A stretch of 64,000 nucleotides of DNA from Pseudomonadota bacterium (GCA_043767805.1 JAYUGC010000036.1:1-64000), one strand, 5' to 3'. Positions 1 to 10,628 are shown, numbered from the stretch's first letter. The notes: generated from the sequence alone by a model not told the origin. A program made the numbers and translations.

Positions 1-918
1 AGAGAGATGTCTGGTAGCGGGCGCGAGCGATTACTTGCCCAAGCCCGTCGACATCAACTCCCTCTTGTCGCTGCTGAGGATCTGGCTGACCAAATGACCG
101 AGCGAGACTGGGAAGGCCTCGAAGTCGATCTCCTGATTCGCGCCGTCTTTGAGCGCTACGGCTACGATTTCAGGGAATACTCGCCGGCGTCGCTTCGCCG
201 GCGCATCAAGGCCGTTCTTATCAAGCAGAATGTGCGGAAGGTTTCCGAGCTTACCGAAAAGGTCATCCACGATCCGGATGCTTTTTCGGCTTTACTCGTG
301 CATCTTACCGTGACCGTCACCGAGCTCTTTCGCGATCCGCTTTTCTTTCGTTCGCTTCGGGAGAACATCGTCCCCTATTTGCAGACCTTTTCCGAGTTGA
401 AGGTTTGGCATCCGGGTTGCGCCACGGGAGAGGAAGTCTACTCCATGGCCATCCTGCTCACCGAAGCGGGGCTTTATGAGCGCAGTCTCATCTATGCTAC
501 CGACATCAACGTGAATGCGCTCACCAAGGCGCGGGAAGGCATTATCGCGGAAAAGGCTCTCTCCGAAGCGCAGGGGCGATACAAGGAGTCGGGTGGGCTC
601 TTTAATCTAAGTAAGTACTTCACGACGGAGTACCGAGCGGCTATCGCCGACCGCTCGTTGAAACGTCATCTCGTTTTCTCGGATCATAATCTCGTCACGG
701 ACGGGAAGTTCGGAGAGATGAACCTCATTCTCTGCCGTAACGTACTCATCTATTTCTCGCCGCCTCTGCAAAGGCGGGTGCTTCAGCTGCTCTGGGACAG
801 CCTCGCGATAGGGGGGTTTCTTTGCCTCGGCATGAAGGAAAGGTTAGATTCCCAAAGAGATTTACCCGGATGTTATCTGTACTCGAAAGCCGATCGCATT
901 TATCAAAAGAAGGTATGA
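1..918 (+). CDS. cheR: CheR-type SAM-dependent methyltransferase; frame open to window edge, N-terminal extension resembles RibB C-terminus
   Basis: Motifs [49 protein letters not shown]. Confidence 0.92.
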   Translation, partial: REMSGSGRERLLAQARRHQLPLVAAEDLADQMTERDWEGLEVDLLIRAVFERYGYDFREYSPASLRRRIKAVLIKQNVRKVSELTEKVIHDPDAFSALLVHLTVTVTELFRDPLFFRSLRENIVPYLQTFSELKVWHPGCATGEEVYSMAILLTEAGLYERSLIYATDINVNALTKAREGIIAEKALSEAQGRYKESGGLFNLSKYFTTEYRAAIADRSLKRHLVFSDHNLVTDGKFGEMNLILCRNVLIYFSPPLQRRVLQLLWDSLAIGGFLCLGMKERLDSQRDLPGCYLYSKADRIYQKKV

Positions 919-1511
919 GTCCCACCGAAGGGTATCGCCTCGTCGTCATGGGCGCTTCCGCCGGCGGCCTCGAGGCCTTGCGCGAGATTACCGGGAAGCT
1001 TCCTCCGTCTTTCCCGGTTCCCATTCTCATCGTTCAGCACTTGGGCCGTCATGCAGAGAGCCACTTTGCCGACGTTCTAGCCATGCATTGCGGTTTGCCC
1101 GTGAAGGAGGTTGAGGATAAGGAAAGTTTGCGGGCCGGGGTCATTTATACGGCTCCCGCGAATTACCACGTCCTAGTCGAGAGAGACCTCACGGTTTCTC
1201 TTTCGGTCGAGGCTGCCGTCAACTTTTCGCGGCCTTCCATCGACGTGCTTTTTGAAAGTGCCGCGGACGCGGTGGGAAAGGGCTTAATAGGCGTCCTTCT
1301 AACGGGCGCCAATGAAGATGGGGCGCGGGGAATGGCGGCGATTAAAAAGCGGGGTGGTTTCGCCATCGTCGAAGATCCGGGAAGTGCCCGCTTTAGAGCC
1401 ATGCCTGCCGCGGGCTTGAGAGAGGCAAAGGTGGACTTGGTGCTCCCCCACCACGCCATCGGCCATGCCTTATTGAAGCTCTTTTCTACCGGGTCTTTCG
1501 TTTCGCTTTAG
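915..1511 (+). CDS. cheB: Stand-alone CheB methylesterase (no receiver domain)
   Basis: GASAGG, VQH, RPSIDVLFESAA, LTGANEDG motifs; ATGA overlap with cheR stop at 915-918. Confidence 0.92.
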   Translation: MSPTEGYRLVVMGASAGGLEALREITGKLPPSFPVPILIVQHLGRHAESHFADVLAMHCGLPVKEVEDKESLRAGVIYTAPANYHVLVERDLTVSLSVEAAVNFSRPSIDVLFESAADAVGKGLIGVLLTGANEDGARGMAAIKKRGGFAIVEDPGSARFRAMPAAGLREAKVDLVLPHHAIGHALLKLFSTGSFVSL

Positions 1512-2013
1512 TTTGCTTCGGCTTTTTCTTTTTCTTGGCGGAAGTTTTCTTGCGCTTCCTCGCGGTCTTTTTCTTGGTAGTCGGCGCTTTCGGCGCGGGC
1601 TTTAACGTCATCGAGACGTCGTAGGCCTCTTTGAGCCAGTCCGTAATGGGAGCCTCCACCTCGTCGCGGTGGGTAAGGTAAACCATGTGCGCCGTCTTCA
1701 CTTTGGTGGAGGCGTAGGTCTTTCTGACCGGAGGCGATTTCTCCTCTCTGCCCAGAAAGAAACAAACTTCCAGCCGGTTTTTCGTGGGACGCACGAAGCA
1801 GTAGCAGACCTTACGGGAAAACATGATGGAACGGTGAGAGGCGTAAATGCGCTGCTCACCAAAGGAGACCGCGGTCTCACGCAACCGGGCCCAGGCGTCC
1901 TGCAGATCTTCGGAAAGATCCTGGGTGTGCTTTTCCTCGGTGGTCGACCAGCAGTCATGAACCTGCTTGTCGTCGACCCATTGGCGGCAGTGGTAGCACT
2001 CTCGTCCCGGCAT
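1486..2013 (-). CDS. DUF5655-like protein with N-terminal CxxC...HxC and Lys-rich tail
   Basis: CYHC...HDC; IMFSRKVCYCFVRP; DWLKEAYD. Confidence 0.6.
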   Translation of the reverse strand: MPGRECYHCRQWVDDKQVHDCWSTTEEKHTQDLSEDLQDAWARLRETAVSFGEQRIYASHRSIMFSRKVCYCFVRPTKNRLEVCFFLGREEKSPPVRKTYASTKVKTAHMVYLTHRDEVEAPITDWLKEAYDVSMTLKPAPKAPTTKKKTARKRKKTSAKKKKKPKQTKAKRKTR

Positions 2014-2052
2014 CGGTCCCAGGAGAAAGCTTGGGCCGGGCTTTGTCAAATC

Positions 2053-3375
2053 TTAGCCGGCTTTGCGGATGTCTTTTGGAGCGGCGTCCATCATCGTCGC
2101 GAGGCTTCCGAAGACGGCGCGGCCCGCGCTGTCCACCAGCTCTCGCGTGAGCTTGGACTCGAGGCTCAGGTAAGAGATGTGGTCGGACACCCGGTTCAGA
2201 AGATCGCGCGGATGCACACTTCGGAACTCACGCTTGGCCTGCTTGTAGTACTTGGCGATGAGGTACTGAAACGCGTTTTCGTCGAAGGCGATTTTCTTTT
2301 TCGCGCAGATGGACTGAAAAATAATCTTGTACTCGCCCTCCGTGGGGCTCGGCGTCTCGATCATGTACTTGATGCGGCGCCAGAACGCTTCGTCGCCGAG
2401 GTCGCGCGGATCGAGGTTGGTGGAGAGAATGATGAGCTGCTCAAAGGGGACTTCAATCTTCTTTCCGCTGGAAAGCGAAAGAAAGTCCATCGCCTTTTCG
2501 AGCGGGTAAATCCAGCGGTTCAGAAACTCGGTCGGCTTTACCTTTTGGCGGCCGAAGTCGTCCACGAGCAGTACGCCGCCGTTGGCTTTGAGCTGAAAGG
2601 GCGCCTCGTAGCTTCTCTGGCCGCTGCGAAACGTGAGATCGAGCATGTCGAGAGTGAGCTCGCCGCCCACTACGATGAAGGGCCGAATCACGTGGACCCA
2701 GCGCGGATCCAGGGCCTTGGGATCCTTTTTTAGAGGATGATTGTCGGGAAGGGCCGACTCCGGAATCGGAACGTGCACCTTCTCGTCGTACACTTGGATG
2801 AACTCGCCGTCCACTTTCAGGGTGTGCGGCACGAAGATGCCTTGGCGGAAGAGACGGGCGATGCGCTCGGCCATGGTGGTCTTGCCGTTACCTGGTTTTC
2901 CGTAGAGGAAAATGGGTCCCCCCGAGTTGATGGCGGGCCCCAGCTGATTCAGATAGTCCTGGCTGATTAGAATGTCCGAGAAAGCGGCGTCGAGATGCGC
3001 CTTGCGGACATACTTGTACTGAAACCTCTGCTGCTGAACGGCGACGGTGTAGTCTTGGATGTCGACTGGCGAGGGACCGAAGTAGGTCGAGCGCCGGTTC
3101 GCCTTGTTCGCGTCCTCGGAGCCTTTCGGCGTCAGGCCGAAATCGAGACCGGCGTTGCCGCCGATACCGGAGCCGCCCAAGGTGCCGATAAGATCGCGGT
3201 CACGTAGGCTTTTGATGACCGGCTCGACGAGGGAGTAGGGGACTTTGATGATGTTGGCGAAGTCCGAACCGCGGGTGGAGCCTTGAGCCGCGAGGATTTT
3301 TAGGATGCTGTCTTCGACGTAGTAAACATCGAGTTTGGCTTCTTCGAGGGACTGGGGCTTTTTCGGGAACCACAT
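2053..3375 (-). CDS. AAA+ family ATPase with N-terminal winged-helix-like region
   Basis: Walker A GKPGNGKTT, Walker B LLVDDFGRQ, STNL sensor, FWRRI Arg finger. Confidence 0.85.
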   Translation of the reverse strand: MWFPKKPQSLEEAKLDVYYVEDSILKILAAQGSTRGSDFANIIKVPYSLVEPVIKSLRDRDLIGTLGGSGIGGNAGLDFGLTPKGSEDANKANRRSTYFGPSPVDIQDYTVAVQQQRFQYKYVRKAHLDAAFSDILISQDYLNQLGPAINSGGPIFLYGKPGNGKTTMAERIARLFRQGIFVPHTLKVDGEFIQVYDEKVHVPIPESALPDNHPLKKDPKALDPRWVHVIRPFIVVGGELTLDMLDLTFRSGQRSYEAPFQLKANGGVLLVDDFGRQKVKPTEFLNRWIYPLEKAMDFLSLSSGKKIEVPFEQLIILSTNLDPRDLGDEAFWRRIKYMIETPSPTEGEYKIIFQSICAKKKIAFDENAFQYLIAKYYKQAKREFRSVHPRDLLNRVSDHISYLSLESKLTRELVDSAGRAVFGSLATMMDAAPKDIRKAG

Positions 3376-3540
3376 TCTACGACTTCTCCTGAACTGGGTA
3401 ACTTATCGGCCTTGGCGGGCCCGAACCTGAAGGATGGGACAGCTCTTTTTTGGATTCGAATTACTTTGTAACGGCCTGTACTTAGCCTGTCGGCGGGCCC
3501 TAAAATGCGGCGAGTCTAAAACGTGCTTCGGAGTTTCAAA

Positions 3541-3773
3541 ATGGCGGTCAAACGAGTCGTAATTAAATTCAAGTCGGGGAAAGAGTTCAAAAGCTGGCTG
3601 TCGAAAAACCGGAGCCTTCCGGACGGCATCTGGATCCGCTTTTTCCGCAAAGATTCCGGCATGCCGACCATCACCTATGCCGAGGCTTTAGATGAGGTAG
3701 AGAGAAGCGCCTAAAAGCGATTCTCGAGATGCTTAAAAAGGGAAAGAGCTATCACACTCAACCGGATGTCTGA
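3541..3773 (+). pseudogene. YdeI/OmpD-associated family remnant with internal deletion and frameshift
   Basis: N-terminus FKSGKEFKSWL...GIWIRFFRKDSG..TITYAEALDE joined out of frame to C-terminus REKRLKAILEMLKKGKSYH (3699-3773). Confidence 0.75.
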
Positions 3774-3922
3774 TCGCCGACAATGGGAAGAATGTGCCCC
3801 GTGATGAAGCTCGAGTCCGCATCGGAGACGAGAAACACGTAAGCGAGCGCGATCTCCTCCGGCTGCGCGGGGTGCTTGAACTGCGTCTTCATGCCACGAA
3901 AACGGATGAGCTAGCTCCGCAC

Positions 3923-4540
3923 CTACTTCTTCATGAGCTTCGCCGATTGCTCAAAGAAGCGCTTGAACGCAGGCCTATCGGAGCAACGCTCTTTATAGCT
4001 TTCGAACACGGGACGCACCGGCATGCTCTTCGTCAGGAATCCCCACCCAATGGCGGAAGCCATGAAAACGTCGGCCGCCGTAAACAGATTACCGAGAAGG
4101 TATCGGCCGGGGATGAGCGCTTTCTCGAGCGTATTCATCGTATCGTCGTAGGTACCGTAAGAGAGCGCTCCCGGTCTGCCGGGCTCCCGATTCATCATGC
4201 GATCGTTGATGGCTTGTTCGACGCAGGTCACGCCGAAAAAGAGCCAGCGGTAATAGCTTCCGCGCGCGGGATCGGTCAGGGCAGGAGCGAGCCGCGCTTC
4301 GGGAAAAGCATCGGCGAGGTACGCGCAAATCGCGGCGGTTTCCGTAATGGTGGTCCCGCGGTGAACGATGGTGGGAAGCTTCCCCATGGGATTGATGGCG
4401 AGAAAGGCCGGGTCCTTTTGGTCTTTCTTGTCGAAGCTCATCAGCTTCAGCTCGTACTTCGCGCCGACTTCTTCCAACATCCAATGGACGATGCGGGCTC
4501 GGGACATGGGATTGTAATAAAACGCGACGGTATCGCTCAT
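3923..4540 (-). CDS. Glutathione S-transferase family protein
   Basis: SRARIVHWMLEE, INPMGKLP, ITETAAICAYLAD, FTAADV. Confidence 0.92.
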   Translation of the reverse strand: MSDTVAFYYNPMSRARIVHWMLEEVGAKYELKLMSFDKKDQKDPAFLAINPMGKLPTIVHRGTTITETAAICAYLADAFPEARLAPALTDPARGSYYRWLFFGVTCVEQAINDRMMNREPGRPGALSYGTYDDTMNTLEKALIPGRYLLGNLFTAADVFMASAIGWGFLTKSMPVRPVFESYKERCSDRPAFKRFFEQSAKLMKK

Positions 4541-4684
4541 GGGGGTTTCCTCCGCGGCCATTCTGGATCGGACCCCTTCAAATGGCAAAGATTAGGTAGT
4601 CATATTGGCGGCTTAAAGCACCCGCTCCGGCCTCGGACAGGATTGCTGGGAAGCCGATACCCAGATGTGTTAAACCCCTCCTCC

Positions 4685-5215
4685 ATGGAAAAGCCTATTT
4701 GCAGGACCTGTCAGAAGCCCAAAGGCACTCTCGAGTGCGGTCCCTGTCAGGCCTCCGTCTGTAGGAAGTGCGCCCAGTTTGTGCGAGAGAACACATTTTC
4801 CTTCCTGGAAAAGGTCCCCGCCGAGATTCAACACCAGACCTATTGCGGGCAGTGTTTTGATTCCATCGTGGCGCCCGCGCTCAATGAGTACGAGGCCACC
4901 ATGGAACGGGCCCGGGGCATCATCGTTTACCTGAAGAATCAGGGCGAAGAGACCCGCCTCATCAAGCGCTCCGAAAAGCCCTTCAAAGTCGTCGATTGCG
5001 CTGACCGCGAAGAGACCATGATGCGGCTCGCGTTCATGGCGGCGAGCAACCACTTCAACACTCTGGTCGATGTGCAGATCGATTACAGAAAAGTCCGCAA
5101 GGAAGCCTACCAAACGACCCTTTGGAATGGCTCCGCCGTGCCCACTCAGTTAGACGGAAAGCTTCTCAGCGTCGTCGAGTGGAGCGCTCCCGTGAATAAT
5201 CTCGGAACTCGCTAG
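4685..5215 (+). CDS. Hypothetical protein with N-terminal Cys4/Cys4 zinc-finger-like region
   Basis: CRTC...CGPC...CRKC...CGQC; ATG at 4685 after the GST gene. Confidence 0.65.
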   Translation: MEKPICRTCQKPKGTLECGPCQASVCRKCAQFVRENTFSFLEKVPAEIQHQTYCGQCFDSIVAPALNEYEATMERARGIIVYLKNQGEETRLIKRSEKPFKVVDCADREETMMRLAFMAASNHFNTLVDVQIDYRKVRKEAYQTTLWNGSAVPTQLDGKLLSVVEWSAPVNNLGTR

Positions 5216-6255
5216 CCGAACGACTTCGCGTCGATGACGAAGCGGTAACGCACGTCACCCTTCATCATGCGCTCGTAGGCTTCGTTGATTTTCTGAATGG
5301 GAATCGTCTCGATTTCGGACGCGATGTTCTTCTTGCCGCAGAAATCGAGCATCTCTTGGGTTTCCGCGATGCCGCCGATGAGCGAGCCGGAGAGACTCCG
5401 CCGTCCCATGATGAGGCTGAAAGCTCCCACTTGCGGCGCGGTCGGCGGAACGCCGAGAAGGACCATCGAGCCATCTCGCTTCAAGAGATTGAGGTAGATA
5501 TTCCAGTCGAGCTCCGCGGAGACCGTGTTGATGATGAGATCGAAGCTCGCCGCGAGATCCTTAAAGGTCTTTGCGTCGGAGGTCGCGTAGTAATGTTTTG
5601 CGCCGAGCTTGAGACCGTCCTCTTTCTTTTTGAGGCTTTGGCTCAGAACAGTCACTTCCGCGCCCATGGCCGCCCCGAGTTTCACGGCCATGTGACCCAA
5701 GCCACCGAGCCCGACCACGGCAACTTTCTTGCCGGGGCCTGCTTTCCAATGACGAAGGGGAGAGTAGGTGGTGATGCCCGCGCAAAGTAAGGGCGCCGCC
5801 ACGTCGAGAGAAAGATTGTCCGGAACTTTTAAGACAAAGCCTTCGTCCACCACGACTTTGGTGGAGTAGCCGCCGTAGGTCGGCGTCTTACCGTCCTTTT
5901 CTTTCGCGTTGTACGTACCGACGAATCCGTTCGTGCAAAACTGCTCGAAGCCCTGGCTACAGTTCGTGCAATCGCGGCAAGAGTTCACCATGCAGCCGAC
6001 GCCGACTCGGTCTCCCGTTTTGAACTTGGTGACCTGCGCACCGACTTTGGAAACGACGCCCGTAATCTCATGACCCGGCACCATGGGAAAGCTCGAGCCA
6101 CCCCATTCGTCCCGGGCCTGGTGAATGTCCGAGTGGCAGACTCCGCAATAGTGAATGTCGATTTGAACGTCCTTGGGGCCGGTCTCCCGGCGGGTGATCT
6201 CGAAAGGGCCCAGGGGCTGGTTGGCGGATTTTGCGGCGAAAGCTTTGGTGGCCAT
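5212..6255 (-). CDS. Zn-dependent NAD(P) alcohol dehydrogenase (cinnamyl-ADH/YahK type)
   Basis: CGVCHSD, GHE, structural Zn cysteines, [15 protein letters not shown]. Confidence 0.95.
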   Translation of the reverse strand: MATKAFAAKSANQPLGPFEITRRETGPKDVQIDIHYCGVCHSDIHQARDEWGGSSFPMVPGHEITGVVSKVGAQVTKFKTGDRVGVGCMVNSCRDCTNCSQGFEQFCTNGFVGTYNAKEKDGKTPTYGGYSTKVVVDEGFVLKVPDNLSLDVAAPLLCAGITTYSPLRHWKAGPGKKVAVVGLGGLGHMAVKLGAAMGAEVTVLSQSLKKKEDGLKLGAKHYYATSDAKTFKDLAASFDLIINTVSAELDWNIYLNLLKRDGSMVLLGVPPTAPQVGAFSLIMGRRSLSGSLIGGIAETQEMLDFCGKKNIASEIETIPIQKINEAYERMMKGDVRYRFVIDAKSFG

Positions 6256-6351
6256 GGTGTCGTTCTCCTAAGGTTCGTTCATACCCTATTTCCGCGGCGC
6301 CTTCAGCTTCTCGCGGATCTCGGTCAAAATTTCGAAATAATGCCATAAGAA

Positions 6352-6383
6352 CGCCCGCTCTCCCGGTGAAAGGAAAGCGGGCG
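6352..6383. terminator. Stem-loop, probable intrinsic terminator
   Basis: cgcccgct...agcgggcg inverted repeat. Confidence 0.4.
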
Positions 6384-6700
6384 CCCTGTTCGTTCGCTCT
6401 TTAACTCAGGTGCCGGCTTCGGTGACGCCGCAGCTTAAGCCCGCTTCGTCCGAGAGACCGAGGAGGGTGATCTTGCCTTGGCCATTGCTCAAGGTGAGCT
6501 CATTGCTTACTGGTAGCGCGGAAAAGTCCGGTCGGCTCACTCGCGGCGAAATAAAAAGCCTACTTCACATAAGTATTTGTAATTAAATTTTATTTTTGAT
6601 TAATTCGCTCCCCTCCCTCTTTGCCCTTCTCGCCGAGGTCCGAAAAATGATAAACGCCTGTCACTCACAATTTCGTCCTAACTCTAAAGGTGGAGCGCAC

Positions 6701-7369
6701 ATGAAGCTGAATTTGGGATTTTTGCGGTCGTTGATTTTGGTCTCGGGTCTCGTCGTTTTCGGTATGTCGGCTCACGCCGACGAAACCAAGAAGGAAGAGA
6801 CCAAGGTCGTTCGTAAGACGGAAATCAATCCGTACAAGATGGGCTTCGGCGTCCAGGCCGGTCTTGCCATCGGCAATGCCAATCTCGAGCCGGTGACCGA
6901 GAGCTCCAATCGCACGGGCTTTACCTTGGGCGGTTACGCGGAAGTTCCGCTCCTTCCCGGCTTTCTCTATTTCCAGCCGGAAGTGAACTATCTCCAAAAA
7001 GGCGCGTCGAATGGCCATTTCGGCTCTCAAGCCACGGCGAGGCTCAGCTATCTCGAAATGCCGTTACTCGCGAAAATCAAGTTGATGGTGCCTCGCGCGC
7101 GGCCTTTCGTGCTGGCGGGTCCGACGCTGGCTTACTTGGTCTCGGGCAGCATCGAAGGCGCCGGCGGCAACTTCGACCGCAGCCGTTTCAATAACGTCGA
7201 TATCGGCTTGCTCTTGGGCGCGGGCTTCAGCTTTCAGCTGGGCGACACGCTCAACTCGTCCGAGATGTCCGTCTCCCTGCGCTACACCCGCGGATTGAAC
7301 AACCTGGACTCCGGCTCCAACGAGTGGAAGTCCAACGTGCTCGGTCTTCTGGTCGGCATTCAGATCTAA
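6701..7369 (+). CDS. Outer-membrane beta-barrel (porin family/PorT-like) protein
   Basis: Signal peptide (AHA), QPEVNYLQKG, YLEMPLLAK, amphipathic strands. Confidence 0.8.
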   Translation: MKLNLGFLRSLILVSGLVVFGMSAHADETKKEETKVVRKTEINPYKMGFGVQAGLAIGNANLEPVTESSNRTGFTLGGYAEVPLLPGFLYFQPEVNYLQKGASNGHFGSQATARLSYLEMPLLAKIKLMVPRARPFVLAGPTLAYLVSGSIEGAGGNFDRSRFNNVDIGLLLGAGFSFQLGDTLNSSEMSVSLRYTRGLNNLDSGSNEWKSNVLGLLVGIQI

Positions 7370-8076
7370 TCCGTCCGTTCCCAATCGATCGGGTTTTTGC
7401 CGAGTTTTTTGAGGATGGCGTTCGCCTTCGAGAAGGGCCGACTACCGAAAAATCCGTTATAAGCGGACAGCGGCGACGGGTGGGCCGATTCAATCACGAA
7501 GTGGCGTTTATTCGTGATGAGCGCCTTCTTTTTTCGAGCAGGCGCGCCCCAGAGAATGAAGATCAGCGGCACTTCGCGCTCGTTCAATAAACCGATGGCG
7601 CGGTCGGTGAAGACTTCCCAGCCGTGATCTTTGTGCGAGTGGGCCTGACCCATGCGTACCGTAAGAACGGTATTGAGAAGCAGTACGCCCTGGTCCACCC
7701 AGTGGCTCAGCTCCGATTTCGTGCGATCCACGGGCTTACCGAGATCGGCCTCGATTTCCTTGAAGATGTTCACCAGGCTTGGCGGCTTGGGCTTTAGCTC
7801 ATTGGGAACCGCGAAGCAAAGGCCGACTGCTTGACCCGGTCCGTGATACGGATCTTGTCCGAGGATAACGACTTTGACGTCCTCGTAGTCGAGACTCTGC
7901 AGGGCTCGAAGCACGCGATCCCGACGCGGAAATATCCTCTTTCCGGAGTTGTACTCCGTCCGCAAAAATTGAGTCAGACCCGAGAAATATTCTTTCTCGG
8001 CCTCGGGCGCGAGAATCTCTCTCCAGCGAGGAGGCAAGTTCTTCGGAAAGGCGGAAGCGGACTGGGATTCGGCCAT
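7366..8076 (-). CDS. ung: Uracil-DNA glycosylase, family 1
   Basis: GQDPYH, PPSLVNI, LLLNTVLTV, HPSPLS. Confidence 0.97.
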   Translation of the reverse strand: MAESQSASAFPKNLPPRWREILAPEAEKEYFSGLTQFLRTEYNSGKRIFPRRDRVLRALQSLDYEDVKVVILGQDPYHGPGQAVGLCFAVPNELKPKPPSLVNIFKEIEADLGKPVDRTKSELSHWVDQGVLLLNTVLTVRMGQAHSHKDHGWEVFTDRAIGLLNEREVPLIFILWGAPARKKKALITNKRHFVIESAHPSPLSAYNGFFGSRPFSKANAILKKLGKNPIDWERTD

Positions 8077-8192
8077 GCCCGTTTCATAGCGCAGGACCGT
8101 GGGTCCGCCAAGAATTTCGGTGGAGGCCGCGCGCTGTCAGCTCGCGGTGCCGAAACGCCGTCTTAGGATGAGCTTTAACGTTAAATAGGAGA

Positions 8193-8294
8193 TCAATCCG
8201 ACCGGGCCGAAGAGCAGGGTACCCCGAAGAGAGTGAGCGCGGTCGACACGAGGATACCACCAATGATGGCAAGGCCCATCGGGCGTCGCGATGG
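8193..8294 (-). pseudogene. Fragment matching the last TM helix of an RND (AcrB/CzcA) transporter
   Basis: Minus-strand translation PSRRPMGLAIIGGILVSTALTLFGVPCSSARSD*. Confidence 0.65.
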
Positions 8295-8295
8295 G

Positions 8296-8685
8296 TTAGA
8301 CCGCGGTATTCAGAGCGGGTTTCCGAGTGTAGCGATAGGCCCACGCAATGAGTAAAAGCTGCATCGGAAGGCGAAGCCACAGTAAAGCCGGTGGCGCGGG
8401 AGTGTCGCCCAAAGAGATTTGGTGAATCGCCATGTACAGGTTCGCCGGAAACACGGCGACGTAGAGTGCGATGAGCCCCCAGGCAGCTTTGCGCTGAAGC
8501 GCCGGAATCAAAAGTCCCATGCCGCCCAAGATCTCGAAGAAGCCGCTGATATAGACCAGGGCAAGGGGCGCCGGTAAGTAATCCGGAACGATGCGCACGA
8601 ACGGACCGGGGTCGGCCAAGTGAAGCGCCCCGGCCAAGGTCATTAGACCAGCGAGTAACCAACGGGGAATCTTTCTTAGCGCCAT
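8296..8685 (-). CDS. DoxX-family membrane protein
   Basis: AGALH, IVPDYLP, SGFFEILGG, VFPANLYMA, LRLPMQ. Confidence 0.85.
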   Translation of the reverse strand: MALRKIPRWLLAGLMTLAGALHLADPGPFVRIVPDYLPAPLALVYISGFFEILGGMGLLIPALQRKAAWGLIALYVAVFPANLYMAIHQISLGDTPAPPALLWLRLPMQLLLIAWAYRYTRKPALNTAV

Positions 8686-8701
8686 GCAGACAAAGTACTC
8701 G

Positions 8702-9139
8702 CTACGCACCAGCAGGGGAAGCGGAGAGGTGGGCGCGGCAATAAGTCTCGAGGCGCTCCAAAACGTCGGTGAAGCCGTCGAGATCCGCGGGCTTCACGAT
8801 GAAAAGATTCGCGCCTAGCGCCATGCATTTCGAGATGTCTTGCTGGGCTTGCGAAGTGGTCAAGATAATCACGGCAACCTCCTTCAGGGGCTCCGTTTGT
8901 CGAATCTCCTGAAGCACTTCGAGCCCGTCTTTGCGGGGGAGATTTAAATCGAGCAGGATGAAATCAGGCCGCGGCTTTTGGTTCAAATACTCTATCGCCG
9001 CCTCGCCGTCCGAAACGAACGAGACATTGAACTTTCTCTGACTCTTATGCAGCATGTCCGCGATGAGCCATTGATCGGCGGCATTATCCTCCACCGATAG
9101 CAATTCCAGTGGATTTGAAGCGTCGCGCAGTAAGCTCAT
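8702..9139 (-). CDS. Single-domain response regulator (Rcp1-like)
   Basis: VEDN, PDFILLDLNLPRKDG, ILTTS, VKP. Confidence 0.92.
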   Translation of the reverse strand: MSLLRDASNPLELLSVEDNAADQWLIADMLHKSQRKFNVSFVSDGEAAIEYLNQKPRPDFILLDLNLPRKDGLEVLQEIRQTEPLKEVAVIILTTSQAQQDISKCMALGANLFIVKPADLDGFTDVLERLETYCRAHLSASPAGA

Positions 9140-9224
9140 AGATTTTAGCGGCCCGTGCTTTTAAGTTACGCCTGCTTCCCGTCAGGATCAATATCTGGCT
9201 AATCGTTTGCATAAGCTCAAGCTC

Positions 9225-9452
9225 ATGAAGCACTTCAAAAAACCGGAATTTCTGCGGCGGCTGGGCTCCTGGATCCTCAAGTTACGGAAATCCAAGGGAA
9301 TAGGTCAGGATCGGCTCACCTCGGAAGCGGGGCTGGCCAAAGGCACGGTTAGTAAAATCGAAGGGGGAGACGTGGACCCAAAAGCTTCCACCCTGGTGAA
9401 ATTGGCCAACGCCTTGGACGTTCCACCGGCAAAGATCCTGGCTATGGAGTAG
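9225..9452 (+). CDS. XRE-family HTH transcriptional regulator
   Basis: LRKSKGIGQDRL...TVSKIEGG..DPKASTLVKLANALDV. Confidence 0.85.
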   Translation: MKHFKKPEFLRRLGSWILKLRKSKGIGQDRLTSEAGLAKGTVSKIEGGDVDPKASTLVKLANALDVPPAKILAME

Positions 9453-9461
9453 TAGATTCCC

Positions 9462-10628
9462 TCAGGCTTCCGCGGCGATCGCGGTGCTAGAAAGATACGC
9501 CTCGACCGAGGGCAAGGTGAAGGAAAAAGTCGTTCCGCTGCCTTCCTGGGACTCCACCCAGATGCGTCCCAAGTGGCGCTCGACGATCTTCTGGCAGACG
9601 GCTAGGCCGATTCCCGATCCCGGATATTCCTTAGGGTTGTGCAGCTTTTTGAAAATCCGGAAAATTCGGGCCGAATGCTGCGGGTTGATGCCGATGCCGT
9701 TGTCGGTCACCGAAAAGAGCACACGACCGTCCCGATTTTCCCCTTTGACGACGATTTCCGGCGTGGTGCCCGGCCGGCGAAACTTGATGGCGTTGTGCAG
9801 AAGATTTTGGAAAAGCTGAAGGATTTGGGTCTCATCGCCCGCGATATCGGGAAGATCCACTTCGATGCGAATGTGGGCGCCGGCCTCCTTGATACCAATT
9901 TCCAGAATACCCACGACTTCGTCCACGAGCGCGTTCATGCTTATGGGAGCGAGCTGCACTTCAGAAGCGCCAACTTGCGCGTAAGTGAGAAGCGCCAAGA
10001 TTAATTCACGCATGCGGCGAGTGCCGTCCACTGCAAAGGCTATGTAGTCCTTGGCGGTGTCGTCAAAGACGCTCGCGTATTTCCGGTCGAGCAGCTGTAC
10101 ATAGCTGGTGACGGCCCGGAGCGGTTCTTGGAGATCGTGGGAAGCGATGGAAGCAAACTCGTTCAACTCGGCATTGCTGCGCTCGAGCCTGAGCAGCAAC
10201 TCTTTCGTCTCGTACTGTCTTTGACGATCGGCGAGGGCAGCTTTGAGAACGCTGATCAAAGTCGCGGTCCGCACCGGCCGCTCGAGGAGGGTCGCGTTTC
10301 TGAGCGGGTCCAGAATGCTCATCACTCGCGAACTTCCTTGGGCGATTTGTCCAGCGCTCGTCACAACTAGAAAAGGAAGATGAGACCATGGCGGCTCTTT
10401 GCTAAGTTTCATTTTTAGCCGGTCCATCCCGGCCGGGGCGAGCGTTTCCCCGGCGATCAGGACGGCGCCCGCGCCCCGGTCGAGCTCTTCACAAAGCTGA
10501 TTCAGATCCGTGCAAACGTCGGCTTGGACGAGCGCTTTTTTCAAAACCGCAGCCGAGAGCAGGGCGTCTCGCTTGAGAGACGCGAGAACGAGGACTCGCA
10601 TTTCGAGACCGGACCGATTTAGTGTCAT
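9462..10628 (-). CDS. Sensor histidine kinase with degenerate N-terminal receiver-like domain
   Basis: H-box ASHDLQEPLR, N-box QNLLHNAIKF, DNGIGI, GSGIGL. Confidence 0.93.
   Translation of the reverse strand: MTLNRSGLEMRVLVLASLKRDALLSAAVLKKALVQADVCTDLNQLCEELDRGAGAVLIAGETLAPAGMDRLKMKLSKEPPWSHLPFLVVTSAGQIAQGSSRVMSILDPLRNATLLERPVRTATLISVLKAALADRQRQYETKELLLRLERSNAELNEFASIASHDLQEPLRAVTSYVQLLDRKYASVFDDTAKDYIAFAVDGTRRMRELILALLTYAQVGASEVQLAPISMNALVDEVVGILEIGIKEAGAHIRIEVDLPDIAGDETQILQLFQNLLHNAIKFRRPGTTPEIVVKGENRDGRVLFSVTDNGIGINPQHSARIFRIFKKLHNPKEYPGSGIGLAVCQKIVERHLGRIWVESQEGSGTTFSFTLPSVEAYLSSTAIAAEA

Noticed and set aside
1669..2733. 354-aa plus-strand ORF
   Set aside because: Antisense to the AAA ATPase and DUF5655-like genes; no motifs
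3794..4684. 5' extension of the 473-aa ORF
   Set aside because: Shadow of the GST gene; the real start is probably ATG 4685
6406..6540. Short minus-strand ORF (about 44 aa) before a hairpin
   Set aside because: Could be a gene tail remnant, but no recognisable family or RBS
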